A stretch of DNA of 64,000 nucleotides from Octopus vulgaris (Eukaryota), in contig OX597818.1 of assembly GCA_951406725.2 (NCBI GenBank), positions 133,486,001-133,550,000 on the forward strand, read 5' to 3'. The notes under the pieces were generated by a model that ran no database searches, was not told the origin of the DNA, and saw nothing but the letters and a program-made list of their open reading frames with translations. The translations under genes and the position numbers were made by a program. Positions 24,651 through 39,344 of this stretch are shown here, in pieces. The stretch's first letter is position 1, and every line of letters begins with the position of its first letter.

Positions 24651-25179
24651 ACATACATACATACGTACATACATACATACATACATACATACATACATAC
24701 ATACATACATACATACATACATACATGGTGATGGTGATGGTGGTGGTGATGATGATGATGATGATCCTTGATGCAGTACTAGACAGTGGCTCTCAGGGCT
24801 TCTGATCTTAACTGATTGGAAGTGTTACCATTTGACTCCAGCATGGCCGCAGTCAAATAACTGAAACAAGTAAAAGAGTAAAGGAGTAAATTTGAAGCAG
24901 ACAGTGGCTTACTTTGTGATTATTAAACATTCATAGTAGTAACTAGTTAAAATTCTGTGTTAAGAGAGTAAAGGAAGCTAACAATTTCCCCAGCAGCAAA
25001 ACTGTACTACAGTGAAGTATTTATTGTAGAACTTAAATACAATAAATATTACTTGTGGTACTAAGATGGACACAAGTCATTATCTCACTTCTCACCAGAA
25101 TTTGTAAAAGAGCTATAGAAAAGTGTTCAGTAGATTAGAATCAAAATACCAGCATGGGTAAAGCATAAAGTACTGGTTA

Positions 25180-25550
25180 GTTGAGGTGGTGAATTGGCAG
25201 AGGTTATTAAAGTATTGGATAAAGTGCCAGGCGGTATTTATTCTGACCTTCTGCACTCTGAGTTCAAATACTGCTGGAGTCAACTTTACCTTTCATTCTT
25301 TCAGAATAATCAATAAAAGATTACCAATCTAGAGTGGGAGATTGGTGGAATTAGAGGGGCTAGGAGTTAAGAGTCAAGGAAAACAGGAAGAATACTGATT
25401 TCAAATTTTGGGACAAGGCCAGCAATTTCAGAGGAAGGGACAAGCCAGTTACAAAGTCGACCCCGGAAGAATTTAAATCAGAATGTAAAGATGGACGATA
25501 TACCACTCAGTATTTTTCCCGGCATGCTAATAATTCTGCCAGCTTGCCAT
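25180..25550. mobile_element. Diverged SINE family C-like fragments in both orientations
   Basis: CTGAGTTCAAAT..GTCAACTTTACCTTTCAT (+) and CCGGCATGCTAATAATTCTGCCAGCTTGCC (-). Confidence 0.55.
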
Positions 25551-25599
25551 CAAAACAGGAAGTATATTAAAAAGGTAAAATGCTTCTTTTGTCCCTCAG

Positions 25600-25962
25600 A
25601 GTTGTTGGTTGGTTGGCATCCTTTTTGTCTCGGGAGACAATGGAGTTGCGCATAAAGTAGTCTAGTCCGGCTTTTATATTTCATGTCCTGATACATTTCC
25701 TGCTGTGGCTGTGTAGTCCTATCCTGGACAAACACTCCCTCTGGCAGGTACCGCAAATGTAGCGATGACTGTTCCTGGCTGGTTGTAATGCCATAGTTTC
25801 TTGTTGACGTCTCTTCTTTTCTTTCCATTTCTCCTCTCTCTCTCTGTCACTCCTTTGTATTCCCTCTTTTACGGTACGTCGCCAGTCTCCACGGTTGCCG
25901 GCAACTGCCTCCCAACCGCTAATATTGATGTTGCAGGCCTTCATGTCCCTTTTGCAAACTCA
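25600..25962 (-). mobile_element. RTE-BovB-like LINE 3' end
   Basis: DMKACNI..WE..A.NRGDWRRTVKEG..C..CQRECLSRIGLHSHSRKC (C-terminal C2H2-like knuckle), then a short UTR and (CAAC)n tail. Confidence 0.85.
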
Positions 25963-26544
25963 AACATATAGACAAAGCTAGTAAGAATCAACAGAATTTT
26001 TTTTTATGACACTAGCAGAAGCTGAACACAAAATGCAAGGTTAAAAAATGAATATAAATTTTAGTGTTGTGATTGCTTGAGAGAAGGGAACTCTATCACC
26101 TTGATCAAACTTTAAAATTAAGAAAACTGAGTTATTGAGGGTTAATTATATTTGGTGTTAATGTTTAACTCTAGGCTAATTCTAACCAAAATGGACCAAG
26201 AGTAAATGCACTCCAGCCATGACCATTCTTTCAATTTGTATATCAGGGACTACACTACTCAATACAGTGGTTCACAACCATTTTTTACTCATGGCACATA
26301 TTTGGGGCAAATAAAGTAAGCATTGAAAAAGATATTTCTGTATTTTAGCTTATAAATATAATTTAAACAATAGAAAATCATTTAATATGTCTTTCTTCAA
26401 TAACTGAAGTATGATTGTTATGCGTAACACTATTTTTGTTCTTAGGTAGTAATTGTTATTTCCTAGCTGCTTACACTTAGAAAGTATGAAATATGGCTAA
26501 TATTTCCTACAAACTTTGCTTTTGTTACAATATTTATTTATTTA

Positions 26545-26710
26545 TTCAAAGCCCAAAGAATCCCCTCAACACAAGGCGATGATGCTCCTCCACTAATCCT
26601 GCTCATGATCAGAGATCCCTATATTGTCAGCCACTAAGAAACATGCTCAAGTGGTTGAGGTCAAGCAACTGAAAAGCTAATCTGCGGTATTGAGCAGAAT
26701 ATTTGCTATA
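26545..26710. repeat. Fragment of the dispersed repeat seen at 45297-45712
   Basis: Shared AAGAATCCC.TCAACAC..GGC.ATGATGCTCC..GATCAGAGAT. Confidence 0.55.
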
Positions 26711-28028
26711 ATGACATAATCTGTCTGAAATGTAATGGAAAATAGGTCAATTTCGAAACATTGATGTCCAGGTCAGAAAAGCCAAAGTTTGAAGAGAATA
26801 GTAGTCATTTCCTTTGATTTCGAGATAGAAACAAATAAATAGGAAATAACGTTTTCTGACCAAAGACAAAAAAAAAAAAAATTATAATTTTGCTACACAG
26901 TTTTATTAAAACTTTATATTCAGAATTTTTGTTTATATTATACATATTTTTTTAAAGTAGAGTTTATTATTTTCTACATATTCCTATCTACATCTTGTAA
27001 CACATCAGCACCTTGTAACACATCAGAAACCATAAAAGCAGAGTACGATTTGATTACTGCTTCAAGCAAGTCAAGCATAGATGCTTCCTTATTGGTTTAT
27101 AATATATTGACTGTGAACAGAGCTCAATGTTATCAATGTAATTTGAACAAATAAAGCATTCAGCTGTTTGTCCAGCTTTAATCGAGATCATTTGCACTTG
27201 CTACAAAAGACACTGAATATATCTCATTTGTCAGAAGAATGTATGAACTTTTCAAGAGAACATAAAAGAATTTGTATTTTTGGAATTCGATCTTGAAGTA
27301 CATATAAAGCTATAAATGAAAGCATGTAATTATTGGGATGCAAAACCCTTTTGGATGGAGCAAGCTGAAGGCTGTTAGAGGGGACCCAAAAGGGGTTTTC
27401 AAGCCAATATTTACATGCTATTATCTATGGCTTTTATATGTACATCAAGATCCAGTTCTAAAACAAAATTATTTCATATATATACATTAGAAGAAATGAG
27501 GTAATCAGAAGATCGGATGGTTTATATTTACAGATATCTATTTATATATTACATTTTTTATATATATATATAATATCACTTAGATCATTAGCGCTTTCTC
27601 CCATTCTTTATATATTTGGATATATATATACATATATATATATGAATAATGGAAGATGGAATATATATATATTTATATTTCCCATCTTCCATCTTTCATT
27701 TGCCATATACAAACACACACACACACACACGGACAGAGAGGCAAAAGCTCAGAAAAAAACTGGTGATTCAGCTACAAAAATTTATTATGACATCACAAAT
27801 GTTTTGTAACCAGATCCTCTGTTTTATGGAGATCTTGGACATGTACTCTGTCATCAATTCAACTGTACATTATATGAAATGAAAATTGGAGAATAATCTA
27901 TGTTAATACCTGACTGAAAGTAGCATGTACGTGGATTTACTTGGAGTTCCAGCCAAGGGCTAACTGTTCTGCTTGTTAAACAATTACATTTTAAAAGAGC
28001 AACTTTTCAGTACATGCATGCACACACA

Positions 28029-28071
<43 letters not shown>

Positions 28072-28104
28072 GTGTGTGTGTGTATATATATATATACTCA
28101 AGAA

Positions 28105-28292
28105 ATATATATAAAATAATATAAATTAAATTAATTTTATGTATTGGCTTATGTTTTTCATTGTTTGATTTGCCTAATAGTGGTTTTATCTCTAATTTAA
28201 TATAATATAATATAATATATTTATACTATAAAATTGGATTTAATCCTAAATCTGATTTTTCCCTATAAGTTTGGATTTATTCCCTAATATTT

Positions 28293-28300
<8 letters not shown>
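28105..28300. repeat. (TA)n-embedded AT-rich repeat (9375 family, right arm plus extension)
   Basis: Match to about 9520-9692. Confidence 0.85.
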
Positions 28301-28334
<34 letters not shown>

Positions 28335-28584
28335 CTTGAGTGTCACTTATGATGTGGTAGGCAGAGGGATTTTGTTTAGTTATGATGTTCAACTACACAC
28401 AAACACACACACATGCACACACACACACACACAGACACACACATACACATACACACACAAATATACAGAGAGAGAGAGAGTGTGTGTGTGTGCGTGTGTA
28501 TATATGCGTGTGTGTATATATGTGTGTGTGTACATGCATATGTGCGTGTGTGATGTATAACTTCATAAGCAATGTTTAACTCTT

Positions 28585-28800
28585 TTCTGCCATTGCAAAC
28601 CAAAGATACTGGCACAGCCTGGCTACAAGTATCATAGGATACTGTCAATTAGTCCTGGTATAGGAGATCCTGTTCTAGTCTCTTCTCTTCCAGCTTTTTC
28701 ATCCAATTTGACTCAGCAGCATTTATACCATTCTTTATAGCCCTCTACCGTTTGTTTGCAATGGTAGAGAACTGATCCAATTGACACGTCAGCAAATTTT
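28585..28800 (-). mobile_element. Highly degenerate BovB-like LINE C-terminus
   Basis: Minus-strand IANKR*RAIKNGINAAESNWMKKLEEKR..TCSQA resembles 25681-25944. Confidence 0.4.
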
Positions 28801-29224
28801 TTATAAGCTTACAATACAGAATATAGGACTCAGTAGAATATAACAGATATAAGACAGAGAGAGGATAGTATGACTTCTAGTTAAACTGTGCATTTTGTTG
28901 ACAGTATTATACCATGGTTTTTTTCTATAATCAGACACTGAGCTTCTCAAGGGTGATTGTAGTTGATTGTGCATTGCAATCCATTTCTATGCCCAGACTG
29001 TTGTCAGAAATAAACCTGTATAAATATATGAACATTTTCACCATACAAAGGGGCTAATTTGCAAACATGATGATTAGATGTTTGTGCTCCAGGACCCTAG
29101 ATTAAGGTTGGTACAGGACTTCAGTATTTTTTTAATATCTTGGTAAGCCAAAAACTCATGCCACACACAGAAAAAGGTGTACAATTTTCTGGATAAGTAA
29201 TGATGTGTAAATATTTGTGCATGA

Positions 29225-29335
29225 GTGGATGGGGAGGTGTTGAACATATGTAAACTAAGAGGCATAACAAAGTGTATCAATAGGAGTATTGGCAAAATTA
29301 GTTTTGCTGATAACTCAGACCTAGTGGCTCATTCC
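29225..29335 (+). mobile_element. BovB-like RT fragment
   Basis: [28 protein letters not shown] resembles the DGxLFNLxRL..LLFADDxALVAHS motif. Confidence 0.55.
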
Positions 29336-29340
29336 CATAC

Positions 29341-29391
<51 letters not shown>

Positions 29392-29657
29392 TGCACACAC
29401 ATATTCAATATATATATATATAAACATATGCATCTTTGTGTGTAAATGTACACATGCAAATATATTATATATATGCATATATATATATATGCAAATACAT
29501 TATATACATACATACATACATACATATATATATATATATGTATATACATACATATACATACACACATATACATATATAAGCATACAAGCATACATATGTA
29601 TACATTCATATATATATATATATATATGCACTCACACATATATACATATCCATACAC

Positions 29658-29705
<48 letters not shown>

Positions 29706-29780
29706 ATATATAAACACACAGTTTATATGTTCACATACTCACATGCACACACACACACACTCATATATAGATATATACAT
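29336..29780. repeat. Compound TA/CA low-complexity microsatellite
   Basis: Direct reading. Confidence 0.9.
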
Positions 29781-32094
29781 ACATTAGGTCTCTCGATAAC
29801 TTTTTCACTTTCTCTTTCTCCCAACTGCACGTAAATTTGCTCAGTACAGTATATATTTTAACCTCTTAACCAAATTTACTTCATTATCTTAAAATTTTGT
29901 TACTCTTCATATTAGTTGTACACAAAAACCTTTATTAAAAAATGTATTATTTTTGGTTTTCAGTCTTATAATGCTTAACCATTATGAAATATAAAGAAAA
30001 TAGCAGTCTCCTTAAAAGTAGATAGACTCAACTTCAGTATCTAATAATTCAATTAAAGTTACATCAAACCCTGAACAAGACAAATGTTAATAAGGCTTGA
30101 ATATGCACAATGATAACTAAAATATAACAATGGTCCCTATACATATTTAGCCATATGAGTCAATAAGAATAGTCTTAAGAGTTGGCAGGGGTTGTGTAAG
30201 ACTGGAAATAAAAACAGGAGAGATATATGTTAGCATGCTGTGAGAGGAAATGAAAACTAATGTTTTGGATAGCTTTCTTTGTCAGAGAAGAAAAAAAAAA
30301 TGTGTGTGACTGTATCTAAATGAATTTTCATTCAAGTATGTATTTATCCATATTTTAGCATGTGGAAAATTCCATTTCCAAAAGACACACTTCCCCTTCA
30401 GGACAACAAAATAGTTTGGAAGTGATCAGGATGAGAGGTTTTCTTAACTAATCACGACGAAACTTAATTAGAAAGACTTTTTGTGCACTGCACACATATC
30501 TACAACATAGCTACTGCATCTCACACCAAAAACCCTGCTTTATATTTTTCTCAGCCCTTTCTCCCCAGGACTCAATGCTCTCAGATTTCCTCACTGTTGA
30601 TATTTTATCCCACAGGTTCACTGGTATGAGATGGCATGCAAAGGTGTGTGCTGCTACACTTCCTCCAAATAAATATAAATATACACACAATAAAGTCCTT
30701 TGAAGCTGCAACCACTGTCTCAGTTAATAAGAGTATTTGCAATGATGCAACTCTATCAAATATAATGCCAAACAAAAATTACCCAACAACAAGGAATAAA
30801 AGAATACAAATTTTTATACTTTATAAAACAATTTCCCCCAAATATAGCCAACTGGCTGGAATAAGCAAGAATAAAAGATAATAAATAATAATTAAATAAA
30901 GTGGAATGGAAATATTTCTAATAGAATAGTAAATTAACATGTTTTTAACAAACCTTGTTTTATTTTGGGTTTTTTTTTTTTTTGCGACAAGTTCAAAGTA
31001 GGGATCAATACTCTTAAAACCCTTTAATTATCAGCTCCCTTTCTTACTTCCATATATTCATAGATTAATTAACAAACTTTGGAAACATTGCTTTGTTTCA
31101 GCGAAGATAATATACATGATTTGTTACTCTGGAGGCTAACAATAACGTGAAATGTCCTTTTTTCCCTTTTTTCATTTTCTCTTTTATTATTATTTCTTAA
31201 TTCGATTTTTTTTCCCTGCAAAAATCCACACTGTGAATAACTCTGCAATCAAATGAGAAAGCACCAGACTTTGAGCAGGGGTTTTAACTGCAAGAAATAA
31301 CAGCCAACTCACCCTGAAATCACAGTCTGCTATCTTTAAAAAGAAAATCAAAGGACATACTGGAGCCCTAGATATGGTTGGAATGCTTTTGATAATAAGG
31401 TCTAGTGGATCAGGTTTGACCTAGAGTTAAATGAAAACAAGCAACAAAAACAGCAGCTCTCTACAGAGTGAGTGACAAACTTGAAGCAGTGATGGTGATG
31501 GAGGTGGAAGAGAATTTGATGTAGCAGTTAGTTGCCATCACACAGCAGTCAGTTAAATTAACTAATAAACACATACCGCAAAGTCTGCTCTCTCAGTTCT
31601 CAAAGTTGGGAGTTGTCTGAGTAACTGTAGTTGGTTGCTTTCAGAGAATAGTTAATATTTTCTTTTACTATTTGCAGTAATATTGAGCAGAAAATAAAAC
31701 GACTATAATAAATAGTGAAATAATAAAATATTCCACAGGAAACAAACATAGAGTGTGCTCACATATACGTGTATGTCCACGTATGTGTGAGCAAGTGTGT
31801 GTCTCTGAGAGATGAGTGTGTGTGCATGTATTCTCCAGTGCGTGTATGCGAGTGTGTACATATGCATATATTTTTATATGTCTCTGTATATGTGTATCAG
31901 ACAGAATATACAAACGTTATTTTCCATAAACAGTAGACATCACAATAACAAGTATGTGAGAGTGTGATTGGAGGTTCACATTCTTCTTTTAAATCACTTT
32001 TTCCGAATTTTATTTCTGAGTGTGAAAACAAACATACACAGGCCTTTTGCTTGTAGTATTAAATTAAAACATATTTATGTACATAAATGCATGC

Positions 32095-32112
32095 ATAGAT
32101 ACATACACACAA

Positions 32113-32144
<32 letters not shown>

Positions 32145-32163
32145 ACACACACATATGTATATA

Positions 32164-32222
<59 letters not shown>

Positions 32223-33025
32223 GCATATATATATATGTATATATAAATATATTTATATACACATATATACGTATATATATATATATATATATATACGCAT
32301 ATATATATATATATACATATATATTTATATATGTATACATGTATAAATATATACATATATTTATATATGTATACATATATAAATATATATGTATATACAT
32401 ATATATATATAGATAAAAATATGTACGTATATTTATATATGTATACATATATATTTATATATGTATACATATATATTTATATATGTATACATATATATAT
32501 ATGTATACATATATATATATATATATCTATATGTATATTTATATATATAAATAGATACTTATATATATATACATATATACATGTACATATGTATATGTAT
32601 ATATACTTATATTTATATATATATAGATATAGATACTTATATATATATACATATATACATATATACATATACATGTATATATATATATATGTATATATGT
32701 GTATATATATATATATATATTGTATGTATATATTTATGTGTGTGTATATATATATGTGTGTGTATATATATATATATACATATGTATGTATGTATATATT
32801 TATTTGTGTGTGTATATATATATATATATATATACATATATATTTATATATGTATACATATATTAATATATGTACATATATTTATACATGTATACATATA
32901 TAAATATATATGTATATATATATACGTATATATATATATACATATATATATACGTATATATGTGTATATAAATATATTTATATATACATATATATATATG
33001 CATATATACATATACATATATATCT
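32095..33025. repeat. Compound (TA)n-derived low-complexity tract of about 930 bp
   Basis: Direct reading. Source of many YI-repeat pseudo-ORFs. Confidence 0.95.
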
Positions 33026-33027
33026 AC

Positions 33028-34217
33028 TATTAGTGTTGCTTAATATGTTTTGCTACAATTGCTGTTTATTTTCAAATATCATTAGCAAAAAGTAATTAAA
33101 ATTCATTAAAATGACAGATCTATCAGACTATCAAAGAGATCAAATTGTTGGTGTTCATATGGCAGGCACTAGCATAATGAAAACAGCTGAAATGTTTCGA
33201 GTATCAAGAAGCACTGTCTCGAATGTAATGACAGCCTTTGAGAAATACGGAAAAACCTCCTCATCAAAACAAAACTCTGGAAGAAAACCAAAACTTTCAG
33301 ATAGGGACCGTCAGACTCTTACGCGAATTGCTAGAAAGGATCACAAAAGTACAGGTCCCAAAAATTACTGCAGAGCTTAATGACCACCTTGAGAACCCAG
33401 TTTCCACAAAAACTGTTCGCCGGGAGCTGCTCAACTCCAGCTTTCACAGGAGGGGCTGCAATCAGAAAACCACTACTTTCAAAAGCAAGCGTTTCACAGT
33501 GTTTAGAGTGGAGTAAAATCCTACAGAATTGGTCCCTAAAGCACTGCAAGAACATTGTTTTCTCGAACGAATCATCATTTACCTTATTTCTGATCACCGG
33601 CTGAGTACACGTGCAGAGACAGCCAAAAGAATCGTTTGACCCAGACTGCCTTCTTCTAACTGTTAAACATGGAGGAGGATCTGTGATGATCTGCGGGGCT
33701 ATATCTTGGAAATCCGACAGCCCAAAGGCTTCCCTTCATGACAGAATTAATAATCAAGATAATTTAAGCATTTTATCTGATCAAATTCATCCTATAGTTG
33801 CGAAACTGTTTCGAGAGGGAAACACAATCTTTCGGGATGATAATGCACCAATTCACACAGCTAAAGTTGCTACTGAATGTCACGATGAACATTCTAGTGA
33901 AGTTGAACATATTTATCTGGTCACCATAGTCCCCAGATCTCAATATTATTGAACATTTATGGTGCATTTTAGAAAAACAAGTAAGGAGTCGATATCCTCC
34001 AACAGCAATCACTTTGAGAACTGGAGACTGTTTTAGCTGAAGAATGGACAAAAATTCCTTTTGAAACAATTCAAGTAGAAATTTGTAGCTAGTACAAATA
34101 CAACTTTGTACCGAGTAGAAATTCAAGCTGTAATTGCTGCCAAAGGCAGTGCTACCATATATTAAACTAGATTTGTTTGAAATTTTAAGGTGGTTCCATT
34201 ATTTTGTCTAACCATCG
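33028..34217 (+). mobile_element. Tc1-like DD36E transposon, left end lost, frameshifted transposase
   Basis: MTDLSDYQRDQIVG..GRKPKLSDRDRQ..VFSNESSF..TVKHGGGSVMI..FRDDNAPIH. Right TIR GGTGGTTCCATTATTTTGTCTAACCATCG|TA. Paralogous to 41432-42700. Confidence 0.9.
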
Positions 34218-34480
34218 TATATACACACACATATATATATATATATACATATATATAAATGCATACATATATATGTATATACATACATATACTTTGATAC
34301 TTTGATAGGTTTCGGCCATTATTGGCCCAGGCCATGTCTAACTTAATAGCACCTCCATATATATGTTTATATTTATATATATATATTTGTATATGTATAC
34401 ATATATAAATATATACATATATATATATATTTATATATATATATATATCTGTATATGTATGCATATATAAATATATATAC

Positions 34481-34513
<33 letters not shown>

Positions 34514-34564
34514 TATATATTCATATATATATATACATACACATATATTTATACGTATATATAC

Positions 34565-34595
<31 letters not shown>

Positions 34596-34765
34596 CATAT
34601 ATATACGTATATATATATATAGATATACATATATACACATACATATATATATATATATATACATACATATACATTCATATGTATACATATAAATATGTAT
34701 ATCTATCTATATATATCTATATTTAAGTATATTTATACATACATATATATACATAAATATATATG
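34218..34765. repeat. Compound (TA)n-derived tract
   Basis: Direct reading. Confidence 0.95.
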
Positions 34766-35690
34766 AAACATTTCAAGTCTTTGGTCCTCATAACATAGAA
34801 CATTGGCAAATTTTTTCTTATTTGCTTCCCCTCTGGCTAAATAAACCTGTCTCCTAGCTTCCATCCTGGAAATATGATACAGTTCCCTGCTACCACCATT
34901 CTTCCAGTATTTCCATGCCTGTTTCTTTTCCTATGGCCCTGTCAACTACACTGTTACACCACCACGTTACTTTGGGTCAAGAGGGGACTTTGCACCATCC
35001 ACAGATCTGGTTAGTAGCCCTCAACAGGTTGTGCCATAAGAACTTCCAGTTGTCTTCCACATCATGTGATGTTATATTCTCCTCTATTGCATCAAAAGCT
35101 TCCAGTAATACGTCTTTAAATTTCTGTCTATTTGCAGGATCCTTAAGCTTCCAGACCCTTCTTCTCCATACTAGTCGTCTTTTGGGCATCCATTTAGCCC
35201 TGATCCTGAAGCATCCATTTAGCCCTGATTCTGAAGTCACTAACAACTAATTTATGTTGTGGGGTGCATTCTTCACCTGGGAAAGTTTTGGCATTTATAA
35301 GTAGCCATCTTTCCTGTTTCCTGGCAACGATGTAGTCAATTTGACTAGTGTGTCCACCAGATCGTTAGGTGACTAGGTGACTGGCAGGTTTCCTGAAGTT
35401 AGTATTACAAACCATAAGATCATTTGCATCGCAGAACTCCAGCAGCCTGGTTCCCTCCTCATTGCGGGAACCAAAACCATAGCCACCATGTACGCCATGG
35501 AAGCTCCCTGCATGTTGTCTACCATGCCCATTGAAGTCACCAGCCACAGAGAGAAGGTCTCTGTCATTCATTGACGAGGTAGTCTGCAAGAGGGTGTCAT
35601 AAAGTTGATCTTTCTGTTCATCAGGTAGCCTTGGCTGAGGGGCATAAGCTGAGATAATGGTTGCTAATCCATGTTGCAGCACTAATGAAT
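34765..35690 (-). mobile_element. RTE LINE APE-endonuclease region (decayed)
   Basis: IISAYAPQ..KDQLYD..AGDFNGH..HGGYGFGSRNEEGTRLLEFC..NTNFRKP..SQIDYIV..TPQHK, then VWKLKDP. Confidence 0.9.
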
Positions 35691-35721
35691 GTTTACAAAA
35701 TTTTATATGCATAGATACCTG

Positions 35722-36010
35722 TGTTAGTTAGTTAGTTAGTTAGTTAATTTTTTGGCTCAAAAAGCAAAAAGCAAGGCCATGTAGGGTGACATGGAGTTAT
35801 GTACAGGGTGGTGTTCATGTAAAGAGTTCAGGCCACTTGTGGTCAAGGAAGACTTTGAACCAAGCGGTCGTCGGCATCTTTACTATCTCGTCCGGCAGCT
35901 TATTCCACAGATCCGCAACCCGGACGGAGAAAGCCCCTCTCCTTCGATTGAGAGGAAATCGTCGCAGATAGAGCTTTTTGGAGTGACCCCGCAGCCGACG
36001 CTCTGGAGCA
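35722..36010 (-). mobile_element. CR1-like LINE 3' end with (TAAC)n tail
   Basis: LRGHSKKL..RRGAFSVRVADLWNKLPDEIV..FKVFLD is a typical CR1/L2-group ORF2 C-terminus. Second copy at 56040-56222. Confidence 0.85.
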
Positions 36011-37059
36011 GTGTGTGTGTGTGTGTGTGTGTGTCTGTGTGTGTGTGTGTGTGTGCGTGTGCATGTGTGCATGTGTTCATGCATGTGTGTATAAGTTAAC
36101 TTATAGTGTGCTACCATTGATTTCTCACTCTTGTTCTCTTTTCAAACTTCCACCTCTGTCAAGTAACTCAAACATCCTCAGAATGTGTGAGTTACATCCC
36201 TTAAACTGTGATATTGAAATTGCTGGGGGGGGGGGGAGTTTAAAAAACAAAACAATAATATTTTGAAGGTGAGGGAATCAAAACTGTAAAAATCTATTTA
36301 GAGAGATTAAGATGCATCAATGAAGGAGTAATAGTATTGGGGAAGGGAATTGTGTATCTGTAACAGAATAAAGATAAAAGTAAGTGAATGATACAGAAAA
36401 TTTGGAAGGAAGAAAAGGAAAGAAAATCTGAGGTGAAGCAATATGAAATGTCAATATATATATATGATTCTAGTCAAGTGAAGTTAATGCTTGTACAATA
36501 GATGCTTTTCAAAATGTTGACATTTCTTGAATGTCTCTGATTTCGTGTTTAAATACAGGTCTTATTCATGAATGTTTATTTTTAGGATTCTCCCCGTCTT
36601 TGATCTGCAGAGGCTTTATTTTTTGCTTCCAAACTTTTTCTGTAAATATTGTTATACAAACCTTTTCCTTTAATTCCCTGACATTGTGGTTCAATATTTT
36701 TGTTTTCTGTTTACTGTAATGTTTAAAGGAGGGTTTATGAAGATAAAATCTTTATTTATATATATATATATATATGTAATTACGCAAATACATGCATACA
36801 TATATACACATAGGTATATATCTTTTTCACACACACATATACGTATATATGTATATGCAAACAGAAACTCACATATGCATAGAAACACATACACAGGTAT
36901 GTATATGATTATGTACAATTAATTAAATCTTAGAAATGCAAGAGCCATTAGTGCATCATTTAAAATATTTTACAGTTTTTTCTGGTTACCTACCCTCTAC
37001 TTCAAAACTTGCATTGCATTTTATTCCTTTGGAGTCAGCAAATACACACATACATAAAT

Positions 37060-37110
<51 letters not shown>

Positions 37111-37145
37111 TTCATACATACATACATACATACATACATACATAC

Positions 37146-38057
37146 ATTGAAGGGTATGCATTTGCAATCCAGGAACAGGAAATATCAACCAAGTACCTGA
37201 TGCACAAAAGGGACAGAGATGCAGGAAAAGTAGCAAAATGTGACAACTGATGCAGACTTTGTGGAATTAACACTGAAGATATCACCTACATCATAAGCAG
37301 TTGTTGAAAAATGTCATCACGGTATTATCTAACAATGAGACCTGATGTTATAGCTAGGACACTCTATAATGAAATCCATCAGAATGACAACCCCACGGAC
37401 AAAGAAATAAGAACCCAAAGTATGGTACAAGCCATAGCCACTCGTAATAAAAAGGAGTACTGGTGGAATTTTCGAGTGAAGACCTCAATAAAGTGTAAGC
37501 ACAATAGGCCTGATATAATGATTTAGGATAGAGAAGAGGAACTGTGTACAGTTGTGGAAATTAGCTGCCCAGTGGATGTTAACATAAAGCTGAAGATCAG
37601 TGAAAAGAGAATTACCTATGATGAACTATTGAGAAATCTGAAGTTACTCTATCCAAATTACGAGTTCAGGTTTACACCTGTAATTATTGGGGCCCTGGGA
37701 TATGTAACACACAGCCTAAATACCAATCTTGAGAAATTAAGGCTTCTCAAAAACAGAAAGGCTACAGATTCAATCCAACTTTCCAGAAGTTTATCATTTA
37801 CATATATATGAGCTTGTCTAGATATGCATATGCATGAGAATACATACATAAAGCAAAACATACAAATCTGCATATGTATATATACATACATACATATATA
37901 CACACATACATACAAAAATACCCTGTCGATGATGTTAAAATTCCAATGAAGGAGCTTTGACTCTAGGTTAGAAACCAGGTCTTTCTCTATTGGATCTAGG
38001 TTAGAAAATGGCTCTTTTGCTAGTTGCAAGATATCTTGAAATAAAACTGAACCATGA
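37146..38057 (+). mobile_element. Dong/R4-like (restriction-like endonuclease) LINE 3' fragment
   Basis: EGYAFAIQEQEISTKY..CRLC...EDITYIISSC (zinc knuckle), KHNRPDIMI..VVEISCP (PD-(D/E)xK RLE), PVIIGALG. Putative UTR ends at (CATA)n, and a second UTR copy lies at about 38215-38856. Confidence 0.85.
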
Positions 38058-38364
38058 CATACATACATACAACATACATACATACATACATACACACATA
38101 CATACATACATACAACATACATACATACATACATGCATACATACATACATACAACATACATACATGCATACATACATACATACATACATACATACATACA
38201 TACATCTGTAAAACTTTCCAGAAGTTTATCATTCAAGTATATATGAGCATGTCTAGATATGCAGGTATATTCATGAGGAGACATACATAAAACAAAACAA
38301 GCAAATCTGCACAGATACATATATACATATAAGAACACACTGTTGATATTCTCTCTTTCTCTCT

Positions 38365-38560
38365 GTAACTTGTTTCAGTCATTTGACTGTGGCCATGCTG
38401 GAGCACCACCTTTAGTCGAGCATATCGACCCCAGGACTTATTCTTTGTAAGCCTAGTACTTATTCTAACGGTCTCTTTTCCCGAACTGCTAAGTTACGGG
38501 GATGTAAACACACCAGCATTGGTGTCAAGCAATGTTGGGGGGACAAACACAGACACACAA

Positions 38561-38617
<57 letters not shown>

Positions 38618-38782
38618 TACGACAGGCTTCTTTTGGTTTCCGTCTACCAAATCAACTCACAAGGCTTTGGTCGGCCCGAGGCTATAGTAGAAGACACTTG
38701 CCCAAGGTGCCACGCAGTGGGACTGAACCTGGAACCATGTGGTTCATAAGCAAGCTACTTACCACACAGCCACTCCTATGCC
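38365..38782 (-). mobile_element. SINE family A
   Basis: Full-length match. Confidence 0.9.
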
Positions 38783-38869
38783 TATTGTTGAAATTCCAAC
38801 AAAGGAGGCTATTTTGCTAGTTGCAAGATATCTTGAAATAAAACTGAATAATGATACTATATACATACA

Positions 38870-38904
<35 letters not shown>

Positions 38905-39344
38905 GTACATATGTATGTACATACATAACGTTATTATTTAAAACAGTTTGGTTCATCTCCATGCAACTTAAGGTTTTGTAGGCTTCTTACAGAAACTTAG
39001 CTCATTACTGAGATTACTGAGCCTAAATGAGCTCAGTTCCAGTAAAATACAGTTTATGGCACAGTTCCTCAGCAACTCTAAGGATCAGATTAAAGGATTT
39101 GATCATTAATTTATGTTTTTGGAATTGATGCATGTTCTTGATCATATATCAATCTAGTAAACAAACTATCCATATTCTGCCCAAATATTTTACTTGTTTT
39201 ATGTTCAAACTGGCCAAATTTGGCCTCTCACACTTATCCTACAATGTCATTCTAAAAATACACAATCTCATCATGGAAACCTCAAAGATACAAGATAATG
39301 CATGATTAATTCACATAATTCCAGGTTCACTTTCACTGTCTTGT

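Noticed and set aside
27649-27692. ATGGAAGATGG / CCATCTTCCAT hairpin
   Set aside because: Short 11-bp arms around a TA run, too small and low-complexity to call.
29225-34700. Many [12 protein letters not shown] ORFs in the track (here and throughout the window)
   Set aside because: They are translations of stop-free microsatellites.
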